Below, piece by piece: positions 1 through 8,661 of a stretch of 64,000 bases of DNA (positions are counted from its first letter, which is position 1; each line of letters opens with the position of its first letter). Under the pieces are notes generated by a model, which searched no databases, was not told the origin of the DNA, and worked only from the letters and a program-made list of their open reading frames with translations. Position numbers and translations under genes: made by a program. The stretch spans positions 192,001 through 256,000 of the forward strand of contig CAWIYV010000011.1 of assembly GCA_963840455.1 (NCBI GenBank), written 5' to 3'. The DNA comes from Nitrospirota bacterium (GTDB taxonomy: Bacteria; Nitrospirota; UBA9217).

Positions 1-175
1 CGCCGATGGGCAGGAACGCGTCCACTGACGGCGGCCGCTGGACAAAAGGATGGCCGGGGGCCTCGAAGTGCAGCACGAACTGGGCGAACTGCCAGCCGAC
101 AAATAGCGTAACGAGCAGGAACCAGGCCTGGACAGCGTATCGGACAAAGCGGATGGAATTCCGGGGATAGGACAT
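1..175 (-). CDS. 4Fe-4S binding membrane protein (NapH/MauN-like polyferredoxin), N-terminal part only, runs off the window
   Basis: Manual translation from ATG 175: MSYPRNSIRFVRYAVQAWFLLVTLFVGWQFAQF...RPPSVDAFLPIG, a TM helix plus the RPPxVxAFLPI motif typical of this family. Confidence 0.65.
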   Translation of the reverse strand, partial: MSYPRNSIRFVRYAVQAWFLLVTLFVGWQFAQFVLHFEAPGHPFVQRPPSVDAFLPIG

Positions 176-232
176 GAAATGATTATAGCATCATGCCCGG
201 CCGGGGTTTTATGATTATTATCATATCAAGGC

Positions 233-484
233 TTATGCGGACTGCCGCTTCCTGATCGCGGCCTCAAGCTGCTCAGTGGTGATATCGCATCCCTCGAACA
301 CCACAGTACCGTCGATCTCGATGGCGGGGAACTTCGGCAGCGACACCCGCTGCAGCAGGCCGAAGGACGTCTTCTTGACGACCTCAATGTCAAAGGCATA
401 TTTCTTCTTCAGCTCCGTGACCACGGAGGTTATGTTGTTTCACCATTTCCCCTGCGGGTCGTTGAAATAGAGCTTGATCAGCAT
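233..484 (-). CDS. Small thioredoxin-like selenoprotein with NDPxGxxU motif (TsoC-like), 83 aa, UGA at 440-442 read as Sec
   Basis: RBS GGAAAGGAG before ATG 484; MLIKLYFNDPQGKW-UGA-NNITSVVTEL continues in frame into ORF 233..424; SECIS-like hairpin 413-428; UGA aligns with the paralog at 4136-4405. Confidence 0.85.
413..428 (-). promoter_or_regulatory. Bacterial SECIS-like hairpin
   Basis: CTCCGT-GGTC-ACGGAG, starting 11 nt after the UGA, loop begins with G. Confidence 0.75.
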
Positions 485-518
485 ACAGGTGCTCCTTTCC
501 TGTGACGATCGTCATATG

Positions 519-638
519 ATGAATTCAGGAGCGAGCGCATTCCCCGTGGCTTGCTGCGGGGTTAGCGGGCGCTTAGAATAAGTTATTGCCACCTTGAGGA
601 TCGAAGATTCCCTGCAGCTTGCTGCAGGGAGCTTCAAT
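519..638 (-). repeat. ~120-bp double-hairpin dispersed repeat, copy 1
   Basis: Matches consensus ATTGAAGCTCCCTGCAGCAAGCTGCAGGGAATCTTCGATCCTCAAGG...TATTCTAATCGCTCGCTAACCCCGCAGCAAGCTACGGGGAATGCGCTCGCTCCTGGATTCAAT. Confidence 0.95.
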
Positions 639-642
639 AGCC

Positions 643-1833
643 TCACGGTAAATTGCTCATCCCGTTCCTCATCTTCCAGAGGAAATACCGTTCGAACGAA
701 AGCTTCAGCCACTTCGCCCAAACTGCCTTCTTCGTGTATGAACTCTGCCGTGGAGGCAGGACCGGATAGGCCTTCATCAGAGCGGCGGTGTTCCCCATGT
801 CCATCAGGCAGACGACCCCGAGCTCGTCCGCAAGCGGCGGCGTCTTGCCCGTTATATCCGACGCAATGGTCGCAGCAGCCGTCTTCGCCATCTTCACGGT
901 CATGAAACCTGTTTTCGGCACACCCGTGGGCACCGGAGTCACTTCGGGCGGAGCGATCGCAATCGCAACACCTATGGCAAAGATGTTCCTGTGCTTGGTG
1001 TGGCGATAGTTCTTGTCCACCGGGATGAAGCCCCGCGGATTGCCCAGCGGCGCGACAGCGGGAACGCCCTTGAAGGGAGGCGCGATCATGGCGAGCTTGA
1101 AGGGGATCTTCGTACCGTCTTTTAATTTGATCTCGCCCGGCGTGACTTCCTCGATGGCCCGGCTGACGATCGGCTTGATATCACGCTCGGCAAATTCGTG
1201 TTCCATAAAAGTTTTTGAGGCCCCGAGTCCACCCACGCCCATATGGCCGAGATACGGTTCGGAAGTGAGATAGATGATCGGCACCTTGTGGCGCATCTTC
1301 CTGCGCCGAAGCTCCGCATCCATCTCGAATGCAAGCTCGTAGGACGGGCCGAAGCAGCTCACCATCTGCGATGATCCGAGGACGATCGGGCCGGGATTCT
1401 CAAGAACGCTCCGCCAGGTCGCGCCGGTCTTTACCGCATGATCGAGCGTGAAGGTGCAGGCCGTGTATCCTTTGTCCGGCCCGAGGCCGGGGATCTCATC
1501 AAAAGCAAGATGCGGCCCCGTCGATATGACGAGATGATCATAGGGAATCTCTTTGCCTTGAGCTGTGATGACCTTCGATTTATCAGCATCGATCTGCTTA
1601 GCGCCATCATGAACAAACTCGATCCCCTTCCGCCTCAGGATGTCACTCACTTTGATCGAAATGTCCTCCGGCTTTCGCCAGCCCATGATCAGCCACGGCA
1701 AGGACGGCAGGAACACGAACCGCTCATCGTCGCTCACCACGGTCACGTCCGCTTTCCCGCCAAGCAGTCGCTTCAGTTCCAGGGCCGCGGTCAGCCCTCC
1801 GAACGATCCGCCTAAAACAACGATCTTTGGCAT
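643..1833 (-). CDS. sqr: Sulfide:quinone oxidoreductase-like FAD-dependent oxidoreductase
   Basis: GGSFGG Rossmann motif; catalytic Cys pair in SCFGPSYE and VVCLMD; PKTG motif; amphipathic C-terminus. Confidence 0.8.
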   Translation of the reverse strand: MPKIVVLGGSFGGLTAALELKRLLGGKADVTVVSDDERFVFLPSLPWLIMGWRKPEDISIKVSDILRRKGIEFVHDGAKQIDADKSKVITAQGKEIPYDHLVISTGPHLAFDEIPGLGPDKGYTACTFTLDHAVKTGATWRSVLENPGPIVLGSSQMVSCFGPSYELAFEMDAELRRRKMRHKVPIIYLTSEPYLGHMGVGGLGASKTFMEHEFAERDIKPIVSRAIEEVTPGEIKLKDGTKIPFKLAMIAPPFKGVPAVAPLGNPRGFIPVDKNYRHTKHRNIFAIGVAIAIAPPEVTPVPTGVPKTGFMTVKMAKTAAATIASDITGKTPPLADELGVVCLMDMGNTAALMKAYPVLPPRQSSYTKKAVWAKWLKLSFERYFLWKMRNGMSNLP

Positions 1834-1886
1834 ACTATCCTCCCCAGGATTTTATTGCTTCGCGCACCCTATCTCCTGCCGGCAGT

Positions 1887-2168
1887 CTAAAACATGCCTG
1901 TTACTTTCTCGCCGCTCGTTATAATGTCAGTCAGTTTGTCGTAGTCGATGACTTTGACCCGTTCATCCAGCTCGGAATCCTTGAGCCCCCGGAGCTTCTT
2001 GTCGTCATCCAGCACATACACCGCGCCGGGAAAAGACCCGAGTCGCTCCTTTTGTGCGAACAAGACCCCGTTTTGCAGCAGGACCAGATCGGCCCGGCCT
2101 TCTTGCGCAAGGGTCAGGCCGAGCGCTCCATCGTTCGTATCCGGTGCGCTTTTTACGATCACCAGCAT
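1887..2168 (-). CDS. dsrH: DsrH/TusB family sulfur relay protein
   Basis: 93 aa, LLQNGV and VLDDDKKLRGL motifs, third gene of a dsrEFH-like triad. Confidence 0.8.
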   Translation of the reverse strand: MLVIVKSAPDTNDGALGLTLAQEGRADLVLLQNGVLFAQKERLGSFPGAVYVLDDDKKLRGLKDSELDERVKVIDYDKLTDIITSGEKVTGMF

Positions 2169-2178
2169 GGTCGTCTCC

Positions 2179-2532
2179 TTAAAATATCATGGTAGTATCT
2201 GTTTTACCGATAATATCGGCGATCTCCGCGCCATTGGCAATGGTGACCCCCTCGATTATACGATCATTATCGAGCTGCTCCCTCTTTAATGACGCTTCAT
2301 CGGCATAGACCGCGACACCCATGTCAATGCAATCCTGAATGCCGTCTCCTGCATTCAAATATTCCGTCTGGGATGCGTCCTGTCCCTTTCTTGCCGCATG
2401 CACCCCACCGCCGACAAGCAGCAGCTTTACCTCCATGTCGTCGGTCACCCCTCCGAGCGCATGGCGGAGCGCCTCCGAGGCATCGACCGTCCCGTAGGGA
2501 GGCCTTCTTAAAATTATGCTTATGCTTCCCAT
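2179..2532 (-). CDS. dsrF: DsrF/TusC family protein
   Basis: RRPPYGT...EALR and GGGV motifs of the DsrE/F fold; lies between dsrE and dsrH. Confidence 0.8.
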   Translation of the reverse strand: MGSISIILRRPPYGTVDASEALRHALGGVTDDMEVKLLLVGGGVHAARKGQDASQTEYLNAGDGIQDCIDMGVAVYADEASLKREQLDNDRIIEGVTIANGAEIADIIGKTDTTMIF

Positions 2533-2542
2533 GGTAGCCCCC

Positions 2543-2887
2543 TTATATGCCGAAATTTAGAAACACGGGTTTTGACTTCACAACATTGAAGAGCCCCTTC
2601 AACGAGCTCATCTCGCCGCCCTCAATGGAATCGTCAGCCGCAAGACCGCGGCTTTTCATGCACCCTGTTCAGATATCCACCTTGAGGCCTTTACCCACAA
2701 GGTCTACCAGCGTGGAGAGCGCCTGCGGGACCTGTCCCTTCACAATAGAAAAAACGCCGTCGCCCGAAGCAATAAGTCTTGCCCGGTGCCCCTTCTTCAG
2801 AGCAGCTTCCGCCAGCTTGAAAATCGTGTGCGTGTTCTCAAAGCTGTAGGGAGTCGTGGAAAGGAACATCACAATCTCTTTTTGCAT
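2543..2887 (-). CDS. dsrE: DsrE/TusD family selenoprotein, 114 aa, UGA at 2669-2671 at the catalytic Cys position (UxxC)
   Basis: ...GLKVDI-UGA-TGCMKSRGL...FLNFGI-TAA completes a normal-length DsrE; SECIS-like hairpin 2636-2653. Confidence 0.88.
2636..2653 (-). promoter_or_regulatory. Bacterial SECIS-like hairpin
   Basis: AGCCGC-GGTCTT-GCGGCT, 15 nt after the UGA. Confidence 0.75.
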
Positions 2888-2942
2888 GTCTGCCTCCTTT
2901 TTTTGATTGGGAAAGTGCCGTTTCAGGAACGTTCACAAAATA

Positions 2943-4095
2943 TCAGTTCCGGACACCAAGCAGTATCTGCTCGTGATAAATCGGATAAGCGATCGGATCG
3001 ACATTGTTGTAGCCGATCTTTTTCCGCCGTGCTTCATCCAGAAGATGATATTGCACGGTCACATCCACAACTGCGGGAGTGTCGCTGCCACGCTCGCTCA
3101 CGGAAAACCTGAAATCTCTCGGCTGCCCGTACGGCAGCCGCGTGTCCCGGAGGTCGACAATGAACGGCCTCCACAGGATGTACCGCTTCATGGTGTACAC
3201 TTTCTCAGCCAGTACCTGCCCGCTCGATCCGAGGAGCCGAAGCTCCAGGGTAAGATGCCGGTCCGGTGTGCCGGTCGGCAGATAGTGAGCCGCTCCCACG
3301 TTCGTAAGGGTGACGACCAGCCTGTCGCCCTCCAACCGATGGTCTACCCGGAGCGACTCCTTCACGCGCTCCGGTTCATGTCCGCCGTGGAACAGATGCC
3401 GTCGCCCTTTCCGGGATGGCATCCCCTCGGCGGCCGGACGCACGACGGCGGGCATGTGGCAGGAAACGCAGTCTATCGTCTGACTGCCCTCTTCTATTTC
3501 CGCTACGGTGCCGCAGGGCGGAATAGTATAGAACGTATCCCACCGTTTTCCCGCTACCACATGGCACCTCTGGCACGGTTTGATCCCCTGCGACATCCCG
3601 GGATCGTACTCTACAGGATGAGGCGCCCTGACCGTTGGGAACGGACCGACGATCCTGCCATTCCGGATGTGGCACACCGCGCACGTTACGCCCTCGTCCC
3701 GCAGCGCTGCTGTCGTAGTCCGGATTCGGTGCGAGGATGGGGTCGAATTTATCCCGGTCCCTGAAGCCAAGGACGAGATTCTGTTGCTGGTTCACCAGCG
3801 GCGTGTGGCAGTTGAGGCAGATCTGCTGGGAACCATCATAGAGGAAATCAACCTGGAAGTAGGGCTCGGTCCACGCCAGGGCGTGCATGCTGCCGGCCCA
3901 CTCGCGATAGATCGCCTCATGACATTTCCCGCATTCCTTCGCCTTTACTGAGGCGATGCCGGGAACCGTCCCGATGTGCATCGGCCGCTCGAACCGTTCA
4001 TCGACCACGAAGATGTTCATCGGCCGCAGGAACCGCCAGAGCAGGAACAGGACAACCAACACCACAAGGCTTATCCACAACGCTTTCCTTGTCAT
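2943..4095 (-). CDS. Membrane-anchored pentaheme c-type cytochrome (c554-like) with an apparent 1-base frameshift near 3711
   Basis: N-terminal TM helix (MTRKALWISLVVLVVLFLLW); CGKCH and CLNCH in one frame, CAVCH, CQRCH and CVSCH in the next; removing one base joins ...NPDYD to AALRDEGVTCAVCH. Confidence 0.8.
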
Positions 4096-4135
4096 CGACC
4101 GCTTAGACCTTCGCTCCGCCGGATCAGCGCATCTG

Positions 4136-4405
4136 TCACGCGCCTCCCGTTGATGTGCCGGCCAGGGCCGCCCGCAGCAGCTCAACGTCGGCCACGCCGT
4201 CCCGTACAATGAACTTCCCGTCCACCATCACCGACGGGCAGGGGGGTGGATCCTTCTCCGCGGCGTATTCCGATGAAGTCTTCTTGATGGTCCTGATCTC
4301 GGCGCCGAACTCCTGCGCCGCCCGCCGGGCGGCGTCCTGGTTCGCCAATCATCGTTTCCCCATGGGATCGTTCGCGAACAAGGTGATCGTATGCTTCTGC
4401 ATCAT
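4136..4405 (-). CDS. Small thioredoxin-like selenoprotein with NDPxGxxU motif (TsoC-like), 89 aa, UGA at 4349-4351
   Basis: ATG overlaps the arsR stop (ATGA); MMQKHTITLFANDPMGKR-UGA-LANQDAA...PPPCPSVMVDG; SECIS-like hairpin 4316-4334. Confidence 0.88.
4316..4334 (-). promoter_or_regulatory. Bacterial SECIS-like hairpin
   Basis: CGCCGCCC-GGC-GGGCGGCG, 14 nt after the UGA. Confidence 0.78.
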
Positions 4406-4743
4406 CGTCTCCTCTCTCCGGGATAGGTTCCTTTTTTCGTCACCGGACAGCACGCCGGCGCGGGGATATCCTCTTCATATTCCTTTTTCATCAGTTGCAG
4501 CAGGTCAGGGATGAGGGGTTCCTTGAGGAAATAACACTTGAGCCGGCCGTCAACGAAGAAATCAACGATTTGATGCGAACGCAGCAGCTTGAGGTGCTGC
4601 GACACGTTCGGCTGGCTGATGTCGAGGGAATCCTCGAAGTCGCTCACGCACTTGACTCCCTGCACGAGCTCTTCAAGTATCTTGATCCTGACCGGGTGGG
4701 CAAGTATCTTTAAAAGCTCTATCCTTTTGTCCGTCGAAAGCAT
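4402..4743 (-). CDS. ArsR/SmtB family transcriptional regulator
   Basis: LKILAHPVRIKIL...SQPNVSQHLKLLR HTH signature; several Cys (KCV, KCY, ACCP). Confidence 0.92.
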   Translation of the reverse strand: MLSTDKRIELLKILAHPVRIKILEELVQGVKCVSDFEDSLDISQPNVSQHLKLLRSHQIVDFFVDGRLKCYFLKEPLIPDLLQLMKKEYEEDIPAPACCPVTKKGTYPGERRR

Positions 4744-4771
4744 AAGCGCAAACCTCCGATAAGATATATGC

Positions 4772-4802
4772 AAACATTATTATGTTTTTATGAAATTGTC
4801 AA
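4772..4802 (-). promoter_or_regulatory. Sigma70-type promoter of the arsR operon with an overlapping palindrome (putative ArsR operator)
   Basis: TTGACA-N17-TAATGT on the minus strand; AAACAT-N4-ATGTTT at 4772-4787. Confidence 0.6.
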
Positions 4803-4819
4803 TAAATATTCCGCGTGGA

Positions 4820-4855
4820 TTGAAGCCCCCTGCAGCAAGCAGCAGGGAGCTTCAA
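4820..4855. repeat. Single-hairpin short form of the dispersed repeat, copy 2
   Basis: TTGAAGCCCCCTGCAGCAAGCAGCAGGGAGCTTCAA. Confidence 0.85.
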
Positions 4856-5082
4856 CTCTGTGTTCTCTATGGTAAATGATGTCAAGGATACTGTGCTCTC
4901 CTTGGTAAAACGTCCCCGCCAAAGATGTATCCGGGTGGATCCGTGTCTCAATGCTCTTTTCGGGCTTAATGGATGCAGCGGCGCATCGCTGCCATCCAGC
5001 CCGGTCATGCGGCTTCTCGATCTCACGGGCGGAGCAGCGGGATTGTTGAAACAGGAAGCGGTGCGGGAAAATGGCGGTGGGC

Positions 5083-5856
5083 TTAGCGGGGCGGGCCTTC
5101 GGGAGTGCCGGCGGAAAAGCTCTCCTGGATGTATGTCTTAATGAGGGCGAGGTCTACCGGTTCGATGCTCATGAACTTCATGCCCATGCCGGGGTCCTTG
5201 GCGGAATCTTCGCCAAAGCCATACGCGTACAGGACCATCGCCTCGACCCAGATGATCTTCTTCTTAAGGCTGAAGCTGACCGTTTGCTTCGACCCCAGGG
5301 GCCCGGGATGCAGTGTCTTGACGAACATGCCCTGCTCCGAGATAACGGTCACGAACTCTGCGCCGGTCCCGGTGCCGTTGACCGAAGCTTTCAGGTACGT
5401 GGAGACACGCACGTTCTTCCGCGGTGTCCGCTCGAGGATCGACTGGACAGCGCGGTACAGGTCCTCGCCTGTCACCGGTTTTCTGAGATAGAGGAAGCAG
5501 CCGGCTTGCAGGCACCGGTCCCTGCCCGACGGATCAGCATGGGAGGTCTGGACCACTACGGGGACCTTGGAGACCACGGGGTCCCGGCGCATGCGGTCCA
5601 TCAGGACTATGCCGTTCATTCCCGGCAGGATGAATTCCGTGATGACCAGTGAGGGCACGGCGATCGACAGGAACTCGAGCGCTTCCTCTGCGGACTTCAC
5701 GGTCGTTACGCTGTACCCGAAGTTCTGGAGGATCATCGAGGTCGTGAGCGCATCCTTGGGATTGCCGTCCACGACCATGACGAACTTCTTCTTTTTCTGC
5801 CCTGTTTCCGTCACGTCCGCAGGCTCTCCCATCGATGATGCCGTTCCTTTCCGCAT
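5083..5856 (-). CDS. Pseudo-receiver + PilZ domain protein
   Basis: REC-like N-terminus with E at the phospho-Asp position (LVITE); RKNVR and VISEQG; GMGMKF. Confidence 0.8.
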   Translation of the reverse strand: MRKGTASSMGEPADVTETGQKKKKFVMVVDGNPKDALTTSMILQNFGYSVTTVKSAEEALEFLSIAVPSLVITEFILPGMNGIVLMDRMRRDPVVSKVPVVVQTSHADPSGRDRCLQAGCFLYLRKPVTGEDLYRAVQSILERTPRKNVRVSTYLKASVNGTGTGAEFVTVISEQGMFVKTLHPGPLGSKQTVSFSLKKKIIWVEAMVLYAYGFGEDSAKDPGMGMKFMSIEPVDLALIKTYIQESFSAGTPEGPPR

Positions 5857-5944
5857 CGGTCATTATTATAGTATAGAAAACCCGAAACCGAAACTCCGAA
5901 CCGTCTCCTCGCAGACGTTTATTCCGCGCTACGCGATCGATTTG

Positions 5945-7588
5945 TTATTCGATCCTCACCCGGTCCCCTTCCCGGACGCCCGATCCCGCGGCCGTCTCGA
6001 TCACCCAGCGCACCGGTCCCTGGGAAGGGTAGAGGTCGCGCTGGTTGGGGCGGCAGTCGCGGTAGACCCGCGAAACAATCATCGCCGGATCGACAAAGAT
6101 GATGTCGATGGGAAAGGCGACGCTCCCCATCCAGAAGGTCACCTCCACGGGCGCTGGATAGGGAAAGAGCGCTGCCTCGTCCTTCGCAAGCTGCCGGAAT
6201 CCCTGCAGCCCCCGGCGCTGGCTCTCCCCGGTATCGCACAGCAGCACCACCCGGAACGAGCGCGCCCTGCCGGACGGCCCCGCGGGGGTGACGGTCACGG
6301 TCATTTCCTTCGTCTTCTGCGCGGTCTGCAACGCATCAGCGCCCTTCGCGATCTTCACCTCGACTGCCAGCACCAGGATGCCGGCGGCGATCGTGATGAC
6401 GGTGATCAGGGCTCCGACGCGGAAATATTCCATGAACCCGATCTCGATCCGCTTCCTCGCCTGCTGGGCGACAATAAGGTTCGCCACGGACCCGATGAGG
6501 GTGAAGTTGCCGGCCAGCGTGCTGCTCATGGCGAGCGCCAGCCACGCGACCCGGTCGCCGCCCAGGGACTCGATGAACGGCTTCAGCAGCATCACTGCCG
6601 GGACGTTGCTTACAATGTTTGAAAGGAGGGCCGACAGGAGGGACAGGCCCGCGATCCTGCCCGCCGGAGGATAGGACGACAGGTCGCCCGCCTGCCCGAT
6701 CATTAAGCCGGCGAGACCGGAGACCTCGACGCCGTGCATCACGACGAACAGGCCCGAAAAGAACAGCAGGAGCGTCCAGTCGACCCCCTCGAGGACCCGC
6801 TCCGTGCGGATCCCGCCGATGAGCATCAGGAGCACCGCCCCCGCCGCAGCGGTCAGCGAATAGGGATAGCCGAGGGAGAACGCCGCCAGCACACCGGCGC
6901 AGACGGCGAGCGACTTTGCCAGCAGCGGGCCGTTCACCTCTACGGCGGGCATGATCGGGTTACGCGTGAACGGACGCCCATTCAGGTCCTTCCGGTACAC
7001 GACCCGTATCACGGCGATGCTCACCAGGAACCCGATTATCGTGACCGGGACAAGCGCGCCGAAAAAGGACAGGTAGGGGATCCCGGAGTGGATGCCGATC
7101 AGCATGTTCTGCGGATTGCCGGTGATGGTCATGACGCTGCCGATGTTCGATGCCGTGGCGAGCGCCAGGAGGTAGGGCATGGGGCGGACGCCGAGCTGCG
7201 CTGTCACTTCCAGGATGACCGGCGTGTACAGCAGGCAGATGGTATCGTTCACGAACAGGGCGGAGAGGATGCCCGACGACAGGGTCACGAGCGTCACGAG
7301 CTGGAGCGGGGTCCTGGAGAGCGAAAGGATCCGGCCTGCCATGAGTTCGAAGAAACCGGCCACCCGGAGGTAGACCGTGATGATCATCATCCCGAGCAGC
7401 AGCAGGAGCGTGTGCAGGTCGACGGCCGCAAAGGCCTCGTCGAGCGTGAGCACGCCCGTTACGACCATGAGCACGGCGCCCACCAGCGCTCCGGCGGGCC
7501 GGTCGATGTGCACGCGCGGGATCTGGCGCAAGCCGATGAAAAGATAGGTGATGAGGAAGATGACGAGCGCGGTGATCACGGGGGGCAC
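5945..7588 (-). CDS. ArsB/NhaD/CitMHS-type anion transporter fused to a C-terminal DUF192 domain
   Basis: SALFVNDT, SNIGSVMTITGNPQN and SNVPA motifs; C-terminal RRGLQG...FWMGSVAFPIDIIF...WVIETAAG. Confidence 0.85.
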   Translation of the reverse strand: MPPVITALVIFLITYLFIGLRQIPRVHIDRPAGALVGAVLMVVTGVLTLDEAFAAVDLHTLLLLLGMMIITVYLRVAGFFELMAGRILSLSRTPLQLVTLVTLSSGILSALFVNDTICLLYTPVILEVTAQLGVRPMPYLLALATASNIGSVMTITGNPQNMLIGIHSGIPYLSFFGALVPVTIIGFLVSIAVIRVVYRKDLNGRPFTRNPIMPAVEVNGPLLAKSLAVCAGVLAAFSLGYPYSLTAAAGAVLLMLIGGIRTERVLEGVDWTLLLFFSGLFVVMHGVEVSGLAGLMIGQAGDLSSYPPAGRIAGLSLLSALLSNIVSNVPAVMLLKPFIESLGGDRVAWLALAMSSTLAGNFTLIGSVANLIVAQQARKRIEIGFMEYFRVGALITVITIAAGILVLAVEVKIAKGADALQTAQKTKEMTVTVTPAGPSGRARSFRVVLLCDTGESQRRGLQGFRQLAKDEAALFPYPAPVEVTFWMGSVAFPIDIIFVDPAMIVSRVYRDCRPNQRDLYPSQGPVRWVIETAAGSGVREGDRVRIE

Positions 7589-7777
7589 TCTAACATATAC
7601 GGATGGAGAAATTCAAGCATCCAATGAGAGCGAGCTCATACGGACACACTGCCGATTGTGTCTTTGCGAGGAGCATAGCGGCGGAGCTATCCCACATTTG
7701 CCAAGAGGGATAATTTTCATAAGGATCGGCCGAAAAGTCCTCAAACAGGGGAAATGGGGTGTTGAGCGAATTGCGCC

Positions 7778-7893
7778 AAGCTCCCTGCAGCAAGCTGCAG
7801 GGAATCTTCGATCCTCAAGGCAGTACTATTGATTCTAATCGCCCGCGAACCCCGCAGCAAGCTGCGGGGAATGCGCTCGCTCCTGGATTAAAT
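7778..7893 (+). repeat. Double-hairpin dispersed repeat, copy 3
   Basis: Match to consensus. Confidence 0.95.
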
Positions 7894-7924
7894 AAGCCTT
7901 CGTGCCGTGAACGCGACAAATCAT

Positions 7925-7954
7925 GTGACAGCCGAACCTGGATTTTGATATAAT
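7925..7954 (+). promoter_or_regulatory. Sigma70 promoter upstream of the DHFR-family gene
   Basis: GTGACA-N18-TATAAT with extended TGn. Confidence 0.55.
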
Positions 7955-7999
7955 GCCGAAAACACCTCAACCCTTTGTTAAGCGTAACAGGAGCTGAGC

Positions 8000-8521
8000 A
8001 TGCGCCGTCTCAGATATAACGTGGCCGCGAGCCTCGACGGCTTCATCGCCGGTGTCACAGGCGACTACGACTGGATCGTTCAAGACAGTAGCATCGACTT
8101 CGACGCTTTGTTCGCCGAATTTGATCTGCTCGTCATGGGCAGAAAGACCTACGAGGTGCTTAAGACCCAAGGTGATCAAGACCCTACGATTGGGCGGAAA
8201 GTGATCGTGGCTTCCCGTACACTGGCATCTGCCGATCGCGAGGACGTTCAAATCATTGGTCACGACATTGTTGAAAAGGTTGCTGCGCTGAAGGAACAGC
8301 CGGGGAAGGATATTTGGCTCTTCGGCGGCGGGACCTTGGCGCGGACACTCTTTGACGCGAGGCTCGTCGACACAGTCGAAGTGGCGGTCATGCCCGTTGT
8401 TCTTAGCGAAGGGATCCCCCTATTGCCGCCAGGCAGGCGGATACATCTTTCGCTGCTTTCGGCCGCTTCGCTTGCTACGGGAATTCAGCTGCTGAAGTAC
8501 CGTGCAGAATATGACGCCTAA
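8000..8521 (+). CDS. Dihydrofolate reductase family (RibD C-terminal-like) protein
   Basis: ASLDGFIA, MGRKTYE, GKDIWLFGGG and EGIPLL motifs; RBS AGGAG. Confidence 0.9.
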   Translation: MRRLRYNVAASLDGFIAGVTGDYDWIVQDSSIDFDALFAEFDLLVMGRKTYEVLKTQGDQDPTIGRKVIVASRTLASADREDVQIIGHDIVEKVAALKEQPGKDIWLFGGGTLARTLFDARLVDTVEVAVMPVVLSEGIPLLPPGRRIHLSLLSAASLATGIQLLKYRAEYDA

Positions 8522-8592
8522 CCCCTCGATGGAGCGTGCGTCTTTCAGTGGCTGTGCCAGCTTCCAGCCGTCGCTCATGTCGAATGGTGCCC
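8516..8592 (+). mobile_element. Degenerate attC-like site (integron cassette recombination site)
   Basis: GCCTAAC (RYYYAAC) contains the stop codon; TCGATGGAGCG/CGCTCATGTCGA inverted boxes; GTTAAGC (GTTRRRY) at 7977-7983 upstream of the gene; right core decayed. Confidence 0.6.
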
Positions 8593-8661
8593 GGCAGAAC
8601 AAGATCACGACCACGGTCCTCCCGTGACCATGGTCCGGCATCGCGAGGCCACCGATACATT

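Noticed and set aside
512-721. Short ORFs containing [25 protein letters not shown] or RSLTPQQATGNALAP (also at 4799, 7759, 22231, 40417, 42853, 42960)
   Set aside because: They are translations of the dispersed repeat, not genes.
8000-8521. Trimethoprim-resistance dfr gene
   Set aside because: Motifs fit the RibD-C/DHFR-like family rather than DfrA/DfrB; resistance cannot be supported.
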